From contig NC_045697.1 in assembly GCF_009834535.1 (NCBI RefSeq), positions 28,708,001 to 28,772,000 of the forward strand: DNA of 64,000 nt. The letters run 5' to 3'. This document shows positions 38,811 to 52,111 of this stretch, piece by piece. Under the pieces are notes generated by a model, which was not told the origin of the DNA, ran no database searches, and saw nothing but the letters and a program-made list of their open reading frames with translations. The stretch comes from Camelus ferus. Lineage: Eukaryota. Positions within the stretch are counted from its first letter, which is position 1. The number at the start of each line of letters is the position of its first letter. The position numbers and the translations under genes were made by a program.

Positions 38811-39829
38811 TCAGTGACTAAATATATCACATTATTAGCATGTCTTTTCATTGCACCTAAGTTGCAAATTCCTTTTAAGCAAACGTCACTATTCTGAAGA
38901 TACTAGGGTGCTCATCTCAAAAGTGAATTAGCATCATACTAATACAGCTGATAAAAGTTACATTCCATTGCTATCACACCTAGTTTAGGCCTTTATCACA
39001 TCATATCCTATTTCAGTCTCTTTAACTCTCAAAATCAAATCCAGAACTTCTAAGTCACTCTGAAAACATCTATTTTAATACTACCCCAATTCAGACAATG
39101 GTTTCCCACTAATACCTTATGGCGCTTAAAACATCATCATCAGTTTATAATTTTTATCTTACTTTCATGTGTATATATACATACATGCATGTATCTATGT
39201 GTATATACACATATGTATACATTTATTATATGTTTAAGTATAAGGTGTTACATTGATTTCAACTCTCCACTGTAGTCAAACTGGGTTTATTATCTCCAAA
39301 AAGCATCCTGAGCATTTTTACAGCTTTGCACAGAAAAGAGTTTTACAGTTTTGCTGAAAAAAAATATGAATGTGTCCTAGAATTACTTTTACCCCTCACT
39401 ACTACTCTGTTAAAATCTTACCTGCCCTTAAAGTTTTTGCCCAAATTCTATTTCCTCTTCTTGTAGCCCTGGCTTGACTACCTTAGTCTGAAAAGATCAC
39501 TGACTCCTTTGAACTAAAAACATCATACCAATTACAAAGCAATCATCTTACAGCATTCCATGCTATGGTTATTAGTATAAAAATCACGTGTCCTCAAGAA
39601 GATTGTGATCTCCTAATGGCTCTGAATTTTCTACATCTGTCTTATAAACTAAGATATGAGTGTGTAATATTTTCTGAAGGAATGAAACCTATTAGTATAC
39701 TTTTTGACATGCTGTAGACTTCAGTGATTGACCAAGTCTGAGAACAGAAATCTCTCTGAAATTCTGATTTGTCAATAGCTATACAATCAATACACATTTT
39801 AAGACTAAGTGCTAATATTAAGAAAAAAA

Positions 39830-40200
39830 CAAAATTAAAAATAGAACTGTCACATGATCCAACAATTTCACTTCTGGGTACTGATTTCAAGAAAACAAAA
39901 AACAGTAACTTGAACAGATATATGCACCCACCATATGCACTAGAGCAGTATTTATAATAGCCAAGATGTGGAAACAAACTAAATGTCCATCGATGGATGA
40001 ATGGATAAAGAAATTGCAGAATACATACACACATATTTAAAAAATGGAATATTATTCAGCCATAAGAAAAGAATGAAATCTTGACATCTGCAACCACATG
40101 GATGGACCTAGAGGACATGATGCTAAGTGAAATAAGTCAGATAGAGAAAGACAAATATAGTGTGATCTCTCTTATATGCTGAATCCAAAAAAAAAAACAA
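39830..40200 (+). mobile_element. L1 ORF2 end/3' UTR fragment
   Basis: atagaactgtcacatgatcca...aaatgtccatcgatggatgaatggataaag...atgctaagtgaaataagtcag. Confidence 0.85.
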
Positions 40201-40748
40201 CCAAGTAACAGAGAACCAATACAGCTATTTCAATTTTAACAAATTGACTTACTCTATGGGAAAAATCCAATAACCTATTTTTCTAATAAACCAATAGAGA
40301 CTACTTGAACATATAATTTGTTTCACTACTAATATATTTAGTAAAGGTTAGTACTCTTCAATGGGACAAGTTTATTATTCCATACTTAAATTCTGTAGTG
40401 TAGAAAAGTTACATGCTACATGTTTCACTATACTCTTCCTGAATGCTAAGCCACATTATGTTCTAAAGGTCCATTCTATCAGTACCTAACCATTTAACAA
40501 GCATATACTAAAAAACTACACTTTAAAGGCTCCTCTAAGTTTCTAAATTACAGGAAATGTTTTACTCCATTTATTTCCACCTTCAAGGTAAGCCAGTATT
40601 ACTAGAGTTCTAAAAATAACCTGGATACTAGGATTCTAAAAATAGCCTGGATATTGACTGTAAGAGACAGAGTCATCATGAAGCTACTTTCAGCTTTAAG
40701 GGATATTCATAAGGTCCTACAATATTAGCCTTAAAGCCTGAGAATCTG

Positions 40749-40903
40749 GGAAAAGGGGATAAATTAGGAGTTTGGGATTAGCATACACACACTATTATAT
40801 ATAAAATAATAAACAACAAAGACCTACTGTATAGGACAGGGAACTATATTCAATATCTTGTAGTAATTTATAATGGAAAAGAATCTGAATAAGTATGTGT
40901 GTA

Positions 40904-40938
<35 letters not shown>

Positions 40939-41006
40939 CTGAATCACTTTGCTGTACACCTAAAACTAACACAACATTGTAAATCAACTATATTTCAATT
41001 AAAAAA
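40749..41006 (+). mobile_element. Artiodactyl-type L1 3' end containing a (GT)n tract
   Basis: gggataaattaggagtttgggattagca...aactgaatcactttgctgtacacc...poly(A); diverged TSD aaagcctgagaatctg / aaagctcgagagtctg. Confidence 0.8.
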
Positions 41007-41244
41007 AAAGCTCGAGAGTCTGACACTTGCACTGAAGCTTCAGAGATTTTAACTTTTGGTTTTTACATAATTGTAGATGCTCTTCTCTTAATTTCAGGTA
41101 CTTATGAGGAAAAAAGATAAAATGAGTTGGTGGCAACATGACACAAACCAATTAATTATTCTACAGTTTGACACTCATATAATAAAAGAAAATTCTCAAT
41201 TCAGAAAGCATATTTTTTTATAGGTACAGTATTTGTAATAGTAC

Positions 41245-41440
41245 GAACAGCTAACGTTTGAGTTCTTCCCATGTGCTGGGCATATTTCAAGTGATTTAAA
41301 TGTACTTAATACAATAATTCCTTGTGGGAGGTATCATTATTAACATCCCCATTTAACAGATGAGAAACTAAGCTAAGTAATTTGCTCAAGGGCATAAAAA
41401 TTCAAATCCAGGCAGTGTGGCTAATCACTCTTACCTACCT
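41245..41440. mobile_element. MIR SINE fragment
   Basis: catccccatttaacagatgagaaactaag...attcaaatccaggcagtgtggct. Confidence 0.7.
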
Positions 41441-41829
41441 CTTATTATTCTTAATCTAGACATTATATACTGTATAGTACAATAGGACAAGTAGTTATCC
41501 AAAATGACTACAGAAAAATAAAATATTAGATACATAGAGAGGGTAGACTATAGAAACTACACCACGTTATAGCACTGTAACTACTAAGTGGTTATGGTCC
41601 CAGGCCAATTCAAAAAGGCCAATTTTATCACAATGTAGATACGTGGAGACTATAGTAGAGAATTTAGATGGGAGCGCGTGGCTACTTAATAGATGTCTTT
41701 AATATATTAATTTAACTTCAGCTTTTCTAGCTTTCCTTTTCCTTGATAAAGGTGGATCATCTGCCTTATTCTTAAAATGACCAATCATTATTTAAGGTCT
41801 TTTTACTCAAAAAATTGAAAAGATAATAA

Positions 41830-42360
41830 TATGCACCCCAATGTTCATAGCACCACTATTTACAATAGTCAAGACATGGAAACAACCCATGTGCCCATCA
41901 ATAGATGACTGGTTTAGGAAGATGTGGTATATATATATATTATATATATATATATATATAATATATATATATACACCCACACACACACACACATAGACAC
42001 ACAGGAATATTACACATAAAAAAAGAATGAAATATTGCCATTTGCAACAACATGGCTGAACCTAGAGAATATTATGCTTAGTGAAATAAGTCAGAGTAAG
42101 ACAAATACTACATGGTATCAATTACATGCGGAATCTAGAAATTATACAAATGAATCTATACACAAAATAGAAAGAGACTCACCGACAGAAAAACTTCTGG
42201 TTATCAAAGGAGAGAGGGAGAGGGGAAGGACAAATTAGGGGTATGGGATTAATAGGTACAAACTACTATACATAAAATAGATAAGCAATAAGAATTTACT
42301 GTATAGTACAGGTAATTATATTCAATATTTTAAAATAACCTATAATGGAATATAATTTAC
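41830..42360 (+). mobile_element. L1 3' fragment with internal (TA)n(CA)n microsatellite
   Basis: atgcaccccaatgttcatagcaccactatttacaatag...; ORF 42035..42238 (MPFATTWLNLENIMLSEISQ). Confidence 0.85.
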
Positions 42361-42679
42361 CAAAAAATGCAATGAAAAGCAGCTGGCTTTCCTTAAGGTT
42401 AAGTGGATTAAGATTTGGACAAAAGAAGGAAAGGAAAAATGAGGTTCAATCAAATATGTGGGTAAAAAACAGATGGAATTAATTATGGTAGAGCAATGAG
42501 AGCCAGAAGATAAGCAATAGTCCTTAGGGGCAAGATAAAAAGAGGCATGGGGGAAAAGAATAGACAGTGGCAGAAAGGCAGAATTGAGCAAAGACTTCCT
42601 ATATCAGTTGCCAAAAACTACTTCGGCCCAGAAGAACTTGATGACTGCTAGAGAAGGCGAAAGCCAAAAGCTGACAGTT

Positions 42680-44490
42680 TGAAAACAAACAAACAAACAA
42701 ACAAACTGGACAAAGCTTTAGCTAGACTGACCAAGAAAAGAGAAGACTGAAATTACTACATTCAGAAATGAAAGAGGAGATATTACTACTGACCTTTTCA
42801 AAACAAAGAGAATTATAAAGGAATTCTACGAACAATTATATGCCAATAAATTAGACAACTTAGATGAAATGCACAAATTCCTAAAAAGACACCAGCTACT
42901 GAAATTGACTTAAGAAAAAATAGAATCTTTAAAATCTGTGAATCACTATGTTGTACACCTAAAATTTACATATTGTAAATCAACTATACTTCAATAAAAA
43001 ATTTTAAATAGAAAATATGAATAAGCCTGTAACAAAGGAAGAGAATGAATTAACAATCAAAAACTACACACAAAGAAAAGCCCAGGCCCAGCCTGCTTTA
43101 CTGCTGAATTCTATTGAACATTTAAAGAATATCAATTTTCCCAAAACTCTTCCAAAAAATAAAAGATGGTAAAACACTTCCAACTCATTCTGTGAAGTAT
43201 TAATCTGATTTCAAAACTAGATAAAGATATCACAAGAAAATTATGAATGAACTTGAACTCCTACCTCAAAAAAGAAAAACAACCATATACAAAACTGAAC
43301 AAATTTTGACAAATTTCAATTTGGAACAATTTGATCAAAACAGATTAAAGACCTAAATGTAAGAGCTAACACTCTTAGAAGAGGAATAAATCCTTGTGAC
43401 CTTAATTGAGGCAATGATTTCTTCAATCTGACACCAAAAGTGTAAGTGACAAAAAGAAAAAACAAAATAAATTGGACTTTATCAAGATGAAAAACATTTG
43501 TACTTCAAAAGGAAACAATCCAGAAAAAGTGAAAAGACAATCCACAGAAAAGGAGAAAATTTTTGCAAATCATGTAACTGATAAGGAATTTATATCCAGG
43601 ATATATACATAAACAACCCTTACAATTCAATAATAAAAAAGACACATAACCCAATTTAAAAACTAGCAAAGAATGTGAAAAAATACTTCTCCAAAGAAGG
43701 TACATAAGTGGCTAATAAGCACATGAAAGAATTCTTGGCATCATTAGTCATTAGGCAAATGCAAATCAAAATTACAATAAGATACTACTTCACGTTTACT
43801 TGGTTATCTAGAATCAAAAAGTCTATTACATAGATAAGATAATTACAAGTGTTGAGGATGCGGAGAAACTGGAACCCTCATACACTGTTGGTGAGAATAT
43901 AAAATGGTGCACACACTGTGTAACAGTTTGTCAGTTCCTCAAAAGCCTAAAACACAGTTACATATGATCCAACAATTCCACTCTTAAAGGCAAAAGCAAA
44001 AATGTCCACACAAAAACTTGTATGTGAGTATTTATGACAGCATTATTCCTAATAGCTAGCTGAAGGTCAAATCAATTCAAATGTCCATCAATTGATAAAG
44101 GGATAAACAAAATTTGATACATCCATATAGCGGAATATTTGGCGGTAAAAAGGAATGAAGTACTAATGCTACAAAATGGATGAACATTAAAAACATTATA
44201 TTAAGTTAAAGAATTACCAGCCATGAAAGACCACATGCTATATGATTCCAATTATATGGTATGTCCAGATCAGGGAAATGTACAGAGACAGAAAGTAAGT
44301 TAATGATTGCTTAGGGCTGGAAAAGCATATAGGAGTGACAGCTAAGACTGCCTCTTTGAGTCGATGAAATTGCTTTAAAATTGTGATGGTTGCCCATTAT
44401 ACGTGAATATGCTAAAACCAATGACTGTACACATTAAACGGGTGAATTATTTGGTATGTGAATCATATCTCAATAAAGCTGCTAAAAAAA
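42680..44490 (+). mobile_element. L1MB-type element (ORF2 fragments plus 3' UTR), internally deleted
   Basis: ctagactgaccaagaaa, tatgccaataaattagacaac, aaagcccaggccca, gaaactggaaccctcatacactg, tatctcaataaagctg. Confidence 0.85.
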
Positions 44491-45179
44491 ATACAGGTGA
44501 ATACAAATGAACCAGAGAGATTTCCTAAAATCTTCACATCTTTCCACAAAAATATTCTTTTAAATGTTAAGATCCCTTTAAGGCAATGAAAAAGGTTCAA
44601 CTGAGAAAACTGTGATTCATAAGCCATCTTCTACTATCAGGAAAGGAAATAACTGAAAGGGAAGGCACAGGTCTAGGAAATTGTCCCAGACCATGTAAAC
44701 CAAGTAAGCTACCCATGGCTTTTTCCATATAACCACTGTGGATTCACATTTATAGTATATATTACTCTTTCTCCAATAAATTCTAGGCAAACAGAGGAGG
44801 GCAACAAGAAACTAAGGGAGGGTGCAAAGGCTCAAAGACAGGACAATCTTCTGTAAGGCAGAGTGCATTCATTTTATAAAGTGAAAAAGGCCCAGGGAAT
44901 TATCAGACAGAATTGTAAGACCACAAAATTAAAGTCTGTGGGGAAAACACATTAGCTTGTAGTGTGTGTCGTATATAACCCTTAACTATAAATGTCGGGG
45001 AGGGAGAGGGACTAAATATACCTATTCCCAACAGAAGAAAAAAATTTAATGGAAAGATTTTACATAGATTATGTTGTTAAGAAGAGGGTCCAGGTTTTAG
45101 AAGTAATTGTAAGTGTTGTTGCTTGCACTTGAACAAACTTCACTTTGGAAACCTTGTGCTGATAATGCCTGATAATATC

Positions 45180-46610
45180 TACAAAAGCACTAGAACCAAA
45201 TCTTGCAGAATTGTTAATGGCTTAGAAGAACACCTCAGAAACAATAGCAGAGCACTCTTTAAAGATATTCTGAAGGGAACCCCCATAAGGCTCTCAGCTG
45301 ATTTCTCTACACAAACACTACAGGCCAGAAGGGAGTGGCAAAATATATTCAAAGTCCTGTATGAAAAAAAGATGCAGCCTAGGATACTCTATCCAGCAAG
45401 GTTATCCTTTAGAATAGAAGGAGAGAGAAAGAACTTCACAGACAAGCAAAAACTAAGAGTTTTGCAACACTACGCTAAAACCATGCTAAAAGAAATATTG
45501 ACAGGTCTACTTTAAATAGAAATGAAGCAGGATGCTACAAAAATGAGAAACTCGTAACTGGAAAGGAGATAACTGTCATGAATTACAAAAAGAATAAACA
45601 CAAAATAGTAAAAGAAGACATCTAAATCATTAAGAGTGGGAGAGGGAGGGAAGCAAGGAAAGCCAATGTGGAAAACAGTATGGAGATTCCTCAAAAGACT
45701 AGGAATAGACTTACCATATGACCCAGGAATCCCGCTCCTGAGCATATATCCAGAAAGAACCCTACTTCAAAATGACACCGGCACCCCAGTGTTCATAGCA
45801 GCACTAATTACAATAGCCAAGACATGGAAACAGCCTAAATGTCCATCAACAGATGACTGAATAAAGAAGATGTGGTACATTTATATGATGGAATACTATT
45901 CAGCCACAAAAACTGACAACATAACTCTTATTTGCAGCAATATGGATGTTCCTGGAGAATGTCACTCTAAGTGAAGTAAGCCAGAAAGAGAAAGAAAAAT
46001 ACCTTATGAGATCACTCATATGTAGAATCTAAAAAAAAAACAAAAAACAAACATAAATACAAAACAGAAACAGACTCATAGACATAGAATACAAACTTGT
46101 GGTTGCCAAGAGGGCGGGGGGCGGAAAGGGACAGACTGGGATTTTAAAATGCAAAATAGGTAAATAAGATTATACTGTATAGCACAGGGAAATACATACA
46201 AAATCTTGTGGTAGCTCATAGCGAAAGAAAAAATGTGACAATGAATATGTTCATGTGTAACCGAAAAATTGTGCTCTACACTAGAATTTGTCACAACATT
46301 GTAAAATGACAATTACTCAATAAAAAAAATGTAAAAAAGAAAAGAAAAGAAAAGAAAAAAAGATATTCTGAATCACTAATACTTTTGATGACAATGACAC
46401 TGTGTGGAAAAACACATGCATCAACATCTAGTCAAAAATAAGATTTAGAAGGGTCAAACTCTGAATGTGACGATTTTTAGAAGTAACAGCCAAGTTATTT
46501 CAATTTTATTTTTCCTTTTCGTATGTAAAAATATTTTTAAATATTTGTCTAAAGTTATCTACATGAGCTCTTTCAACAAGTATACAATAAAAGTTTCTAA
46601 GTGTTACAAT
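45180..46610 (+). mobile_element. Tigger13-like pogo remnant split by the L1 at 45275-46358
   Basis: cttgcagaatt...ggcttagaagaa...acaatagcagagcactctttaa | tcactaatacttttgatg...tgtgtggaaaaacac...actctgaatgtga resembles a recalled Tigger13a consensus. Confidence 0.55.
45275..46358 (+). mobile_element. Young camelid-type L1: ORF1 C-terminus and spacer joined directly to ORF2 C-terminus and 3' UTR
   Basis: ORF 45123..45515 (PIRLSADFS, ARREW, PRILYPARLSF); ORF 45636..45860 ([17 protein letters not shown]); perfect TSD aaagatattctgaa at 45261-74 and 46359-72. Confidence 0.92.
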
Positions 46611-46639
46611 CACCAGATATTTTAAATGGTAATCTTTTC

Positions 46640-47620
46640 CTGGCAATGAGCTCATATTCATGGAACTGACTGGTCTTTCTACCTATCCTATCACTAACAG
46701 CTAGCTTGACAGTACAGTGGAATGTCCTGCTGTTATAAAACCATTTGAGAACACCATGATAGAGTGAGGCGGTATTTTATTGGCTGTGACATAGGTTGTA
46801 AACTTGTGATCACTAAATAAATTATGCTACTTTTCCCACAGTACATGGGTCTGGAAATTGAAAGGTGGAAATCAAAATGCCTCCATTTACTATTATATCT
46901 AATATCCTACTCCAAGAATTTTTGCTTCCATACCTAAAACGTCTGGTCTGCCAGTTTAGAGGTTTTGGTTTTCATGAGAAGACTGTTTCTCTTATAGGAA
47001 ACAACAGTTTTACTAAAGTTGAGATTGTCGCCTGACTGTCTAGGCTGTTCAAGCCAATGAAACAACAGGTAAAAAGGATTTTAGTATAATGGCTGGTGTG
47101 ACTCATCCCAACTATAAGAAAACTAGGTTGCTACTATATAATAGGGACAGGAAGGAATATGTCTGGAACTCAGCAGATGGGTTAGTACAGTATTTCTCAA
47201 ACCACTAGTTGTGGCTTTTTAAAAAATTCCAACACAATTATAGAATAAAAATAATACTCTTAGAGATTGTAGCCATGGCAAATTGCCTATTACCATTTCA
47301 ACGGTTTCAATTTACTCTTAATTCCTGCATTCATCCTATTGTGAACTATCACCACACTCTCCATAGCTAAGGCACTTCTTAGGATTTCTGCATGCAATAA
47401 ATATTCAAAGTTTGTAGGAAAGGACAGTGTCTTAATAAAGTCAAAATCCCTAAGGGCTTCAGTTAGACCCATTCAGAATGAAGGTAAGGACAACCTACCA
47501 AGTTAAAAACAAAACAAAACCTTACCAGCCTGGCTGAAGAACTAAGTGAAGGCGAAAGAAAAAGAATGGACTGTGGAAGAATGAAATTAAGGTTCTATGA
47601 CCAATACAAAAATGAGGTCT
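46640..47620 (+). mobile_element. ERVL/MaLR internal remnant (integrase-region-like)
   Basis: ctcatattcatggaactgactggtctt...gctagcttgacagtacagtggaatg resembles the ERVL HGIHWSYH...AAGLIERWNG coding sequence; ggaatatgtctggaact. Confidence 0.6.
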
Positions 47621-47763
47621 ATAAACAGCGATGGAATCCTATTGTCCCTGCTTGTTAATATCTGTGTGCTAGTATATTAACTAAGTTATTCTTCCTTTCC
47701 TCCTCTCTCCTCCTAGTTATTTTAGACAGACATTGTCAGTGGTGGTTTCTAATTTACGTGTTT

Positions 47764-48102
47764 AGGGATTGGCAAACTTTTTCTATAAGGACAAGAAAGT
47801 AAATGTTTTAGGTTGTGCAGGCCATGCAGTTTCTGTCATAACTACTCAACTGCTATGGCAGCATGAAAGCAGTAACACACAATATGTAAAGAAATGAGCA
47901 TGGCTGTGTTCCCATAGAACTTTACAGCCTTTGAAATTTGAATCCCATATAATTTTCAGGTATCACAAAATACTATTATTCTTTTGATTGCTCTCCCTCA
48001 CCCCTCAACCACTTAACAGAAAAACAACTCTTTGCTTCCAAGCCTACAAAAACAAACAGCAGATCAGATTTGGCTTGTAGGCCGTAAGTGTGCCAACCCC
48101 TG
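47764..48102 (-). mobile_element. MER58B-like MITE (about 340 bp)
   Basis: TIRs agggattggcaaac ... tgccaacccctg; internal catggctgtgttccca and gaaatttgaat. Confidence 0.8.
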
Positions 48103-48559
48103 AGTTACCCCTGAGTTAGACTATTCAGACAGAGTAGTGTTTTAACTAAAAAAGCAATTAACATCATCCAGAACTGGCTATTTGTCACCTAGGGATTACA
48201 TACCATGCCTATTGAGACCATCTGGAAAGAGGTGAGAATATTCTCATTTTTAAAAGAACATTAACTGTGTCTTGTTAGATGAACATATGAAATAATTATC
48301 CTTGTTCTATGGAAGTTCAAATATCAGAATAGTATGCTAATTATTTACATAGTGCCTCTCAACCCCAAATCCACCCTTTTATACACTGTTCTCTGAAGTT
48401 GAGATTGGGATTCTGGAAAATGCATTGCCCAGACTTCTCTGATAGGAAGCAGAGTGATTAGAAGACAGGAAGAAGAAAAAGGGACTTCCTTCTTGTTTTT
48501 CTTACTCTTCCCATGAATGTCACTCCAGCAGTCTTCAGCTTCTTTCAGCACTCATCATC

Positions 48560-49396
48560 CCTTAATTGATAGTATTTGTTGTTAGTATTTTTAAACACTG
48601 AATGACTTTAGAAAGTGGCTTTGGCTGCAGGCGTGGTTTCTCAATGAATTCAAACTGCAACTAGAACGCTGTTAACCATATAAATGTGAAACTTCAACAA
48701 CTAACATCTATCCATTAAATCACAAGAAATGTCAAGCTCCTTCTTCCTGTGCTGCCAAAAGTTACAACAAAAACTGAGATCTGCATTTCCAAGCACAAAC
48801 TGCAATTCCAGCAGAATTTTTAGGATCTCAGTGCATACGCACAGATAATTTCCACATTTTAAAGTCCATTTCAAATTGCAGTTGAGAACTTCCATCTAAC
48901 CCTTCAACTGGAAGCTATTAATCTGCAATGTAATGAAATGCTAAAATGCAATAATCAAGAGAAGAATATAAAAGAATTCTATAAATGTCTTTCTAAGCAA
49001 TGAATATGCTCAATTAAAATCATATTTTCATGAACTGATATTAATGTTTGGGAGTATTTATGTGAAAAAATATTTTCAAATGAAATACACTACATTTCAT
49101 TACAGATCAACATTAACAGGTGAACATCTGAAATAAACCTTGGTAACAGGGAACTGTGACTTTGAACCCCAATTAAGTAAAATGTTCCTTCCACACCTCC
49201 TCCCCTAAAGAATTCCATTCTTCTCATTAGCAGACCTGCATTAAAAAAATTTTACTGAATTGTTATTACATTTTGAATTAAAAAAAAAATTGTTCTTATG
49301 GTGTAAGCACCTATACAGTATCCTCTTGACCCACAAAGCATACAGTATTTACTATCTGGCCCTTCATAGAAAAAAAAAAAAATCTACCAATTCTGG
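48560..49396 (+). mobile_element. hAT-Charlie (Charlie2/Cheshire-like) 3' part with transposase C-terminal remnant
   Basis: Degenerate MFGS..LCEKIFS.MKY..HYRSTLTGEHL (about 49044-49130; hAT dimerisation motif); terminus tatttactatctggccctt. Confidence 0.7.
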
Positions 49397-49899
49397 GTAA
49401 ATACCCAAGATAAATGAATTCTTACCTCTACCGAAAACCAAAGACACTGTTCATAGAAGTGTTATTCATAAAAGCAAAAAACTATTAACCTAAATATCTA
49501 TCAATAATAGTATGGAAAAATAAACCAATATATTCATACAATGAAAAGAATCACTGCAACTCAAAAACTATGGATGAATCTCAGACGTAATACTTAGCAA
49601 AAGAGTCAGACACAAAACAGTATAGACTGCATAACTTCATTTATATGAATTTGATGGCAAAATTAATGTATGTTGATGAAGATTAGACGAGTATTTCTGG
49701 GGAAGGGAACCTAAGGCAGCCTGCTGGAGTGCCACAAATGCTCTACATCTTGATCTGGATAATGGCTACATGTGTATACGTACATAAAAGTTAATAAAAT
49801 GTTACACTTAAGGTTTATGAACTTTATGTAAAAAATTACATATTTAAAAAAAGAGGAAAAACACGCAGTTAATGCCATGTAGATCATTTCCCATGTCCC

Positions 49900-50950
49900 T
49901 GTGACTTTACATTTTTCAGGCTGTACCTATGGCTGAAGATGATAGAAAAAAAGTCAGTAAATTTGAGAACAAATCATGTAGGAATCAAATTTGAGGAGCA
50001 ACAGAGAGAAATGACCGAAAAAAGTAACAGAGCCCCAGTGATATGAGGGCAATATAAAAAATAATCTAACATATGTATAAGTGGATCCTAGAAAGAGAAG
50101 AATAAGGGGGAAGAAAAAAAAAACAAAAAAAAAACCCTGAAGATATAATAGACCAAAAATTTCCCAAAGTTGGTGAAAGACATAAGTTTAATAGATCCAG
50201 GAAGCTCAGTGATTCCAAAGCAGGACAAGTATGAGGGAAACACAAACCTCAGGGCATCACAGTGAAACTGCTGTGAAACTGCAGTGAAATCAAAGAGAAA
50301 GAAATACCATGAAATATACTGATGAATGCAACTTAATTTGAAATACATTTTAAAAACAGGATGGATAGGCAGGTGTATGCATACACATACACACATGATA
50401 AAGTAAAATACAGCAAACCCAGCTCAACCAGATAAGAATTGATTTAATCCCTCACACTAACAACCTGACAAGAGAAAAGATGTTTATTTCTGTGCATAAA
50501 TGTGATCTACCTCAGTCTCTACTGTTTTTTTTAATATATATGTCCAGCATTCAATCAAAAACAGGAGGCAGTGTATGGGAAAGAGATAAATAAGTCAACA
50601 GAAGCAGACTTAGCACTGGCCCAAGTGTGAAAGCTATTAGACAGGTATGTTAAAATAACTATAATTAATACATTAAAGGATATAATGGGAAAAGGACAGC
50701 ATGCATTAACAATGGGGAATTTCAGCACAGAAATGGAAACTATCAAACAGACTGGAAGCACAGTAGAAGAAAGAAAAAATATGAAAGAAATATTTGAAGG
50801 GATAAAGGTTGAGTATACAAAAATACTAAAATATAAATTATAGATCTAAGAAACTTAAGAGAAGAGCAAACAAAATAAATACAAAGAAAAACATAAAAAG
50901 CACACTGTAGTCAAAAAAGGGGGAAATCCTGAAAGCAGCCAAAGAAGAAA
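49900..50950 (+). mobile_element. Old L1 ORF1-region fragments
   Basis: aaaatttcccaaagttggtgaaagacata...atccaggaagctcag, aatcctgaaagcagcc. Confidence 0.6.
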
Positions 50951-51734
50951 GTAATCTCTATTACTAGGGGATAGGGCAATTTACTATTTGAAATGTTCTA
51001 ATTAATTATATTTCAAGCACTGCCAATTTGCAAATAATTAAAAGTAAAGCGATAAATAATAAAGCCACAAAAGTATTTTATTTTTAATAATTCAGAAGTC
51101 TGGCAGGAATCACATCACATATGTAAATAAGAATGATTAGTCTTGGAATACCACACACTATTGAAAATGCAAAACAGATCAATGTTTACCAACCCTCCTG
51201 TTTTGGAAAAAGTAAAACTCTCATTAGTAAATTTACACATACTTCCAATTCAACTTGAATTTTTAAAAAATTCCAACATACTGTATTTGTAACAGTCAGC
51301 TCAAATTAGGAAGACCAGGATGGAATGAGATTTCATTTGGAAACCCAGAATGTCTGCTTTCATAAGTAAATAACCCCAAATGCAAGTGCTTGTAAGCCAT
51401 TAATTTTATAGACTACTTTTGTTAAATTACATTTTAAAAACTACTAGTTACACTGTGTAACAGAAATGTAGATTAATAGAGTTCTAAATAATAGATTGTC
51501 ACCAGATAAAGTAAAAGAGGTCATAGTATATATAGTTGCATGCATTCCAAATAAATTCAAATGTTTTCAGGATAGAGCTAAGTTTAAAATAATTGGGGAA
51601 TAAAGTTTGTTTCTGGGCAGAATTTAAACTTACTGTAAAACATCCTATAACTAATTTTACAAGTCATTTTTAAACAAAATTTTTGAGAACAGTTAATAGG
51701 AAATTTAGCAATAAGGAAAGTAAAATAAATTTCT

Positions 51735-51942
51735 GGGATTCTCAGCACATATTCTTTGTATCAAGATCACCTGAAGGGCTTATTTAAAATGAGGGAAAAA
51801 AAGGGGGGGAGGGAAAAAATGCAGAAATTGAGCCCACTTCTAAACTGTTAATCAGCTCAGGGGAGGGAGAAATTACCAGGTATCTGAGTATTAATTAAAA
51901 CACCAGATGAAATTAAAGAATTCTAAAAATTTGAGAACTGCT
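51735..51942. mobile_element. MER5-like MITE
   Basis: ttctca...atcacctgaagggctta...gcagaaattgagccc...caccagatga...tttgagaactgct. Confidence 0.55.
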
Positions 51943-52111
51943 AATCTAGGTTAGAGCATGCTAATTATCTTCAAGATTTAAAATCTTCTTCATCTGTTTA
52001 AAATGGGTAAATTTGGTACTCAGAGCTCTACCTTGGCCAACCAAGAAAAGCTCAAATCAGGAAATGTTAAGAGGATAATAGTTCTAACTTCTATAAAGAA
52101 CATAAGCAATA

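Noticed and set aside
38401..38897. ORFs of 73 and 115 aa
   Set aside because: They lie within the solo LTR and show no gag, pol or env similarity.
45123..45515. 130-aa ORF as a novel chimeric gene
   Set aside because: A chance upstream frame (TTG start) runs across the TSD into the L1 ORF1 fragment; no promoter or splice evidence.
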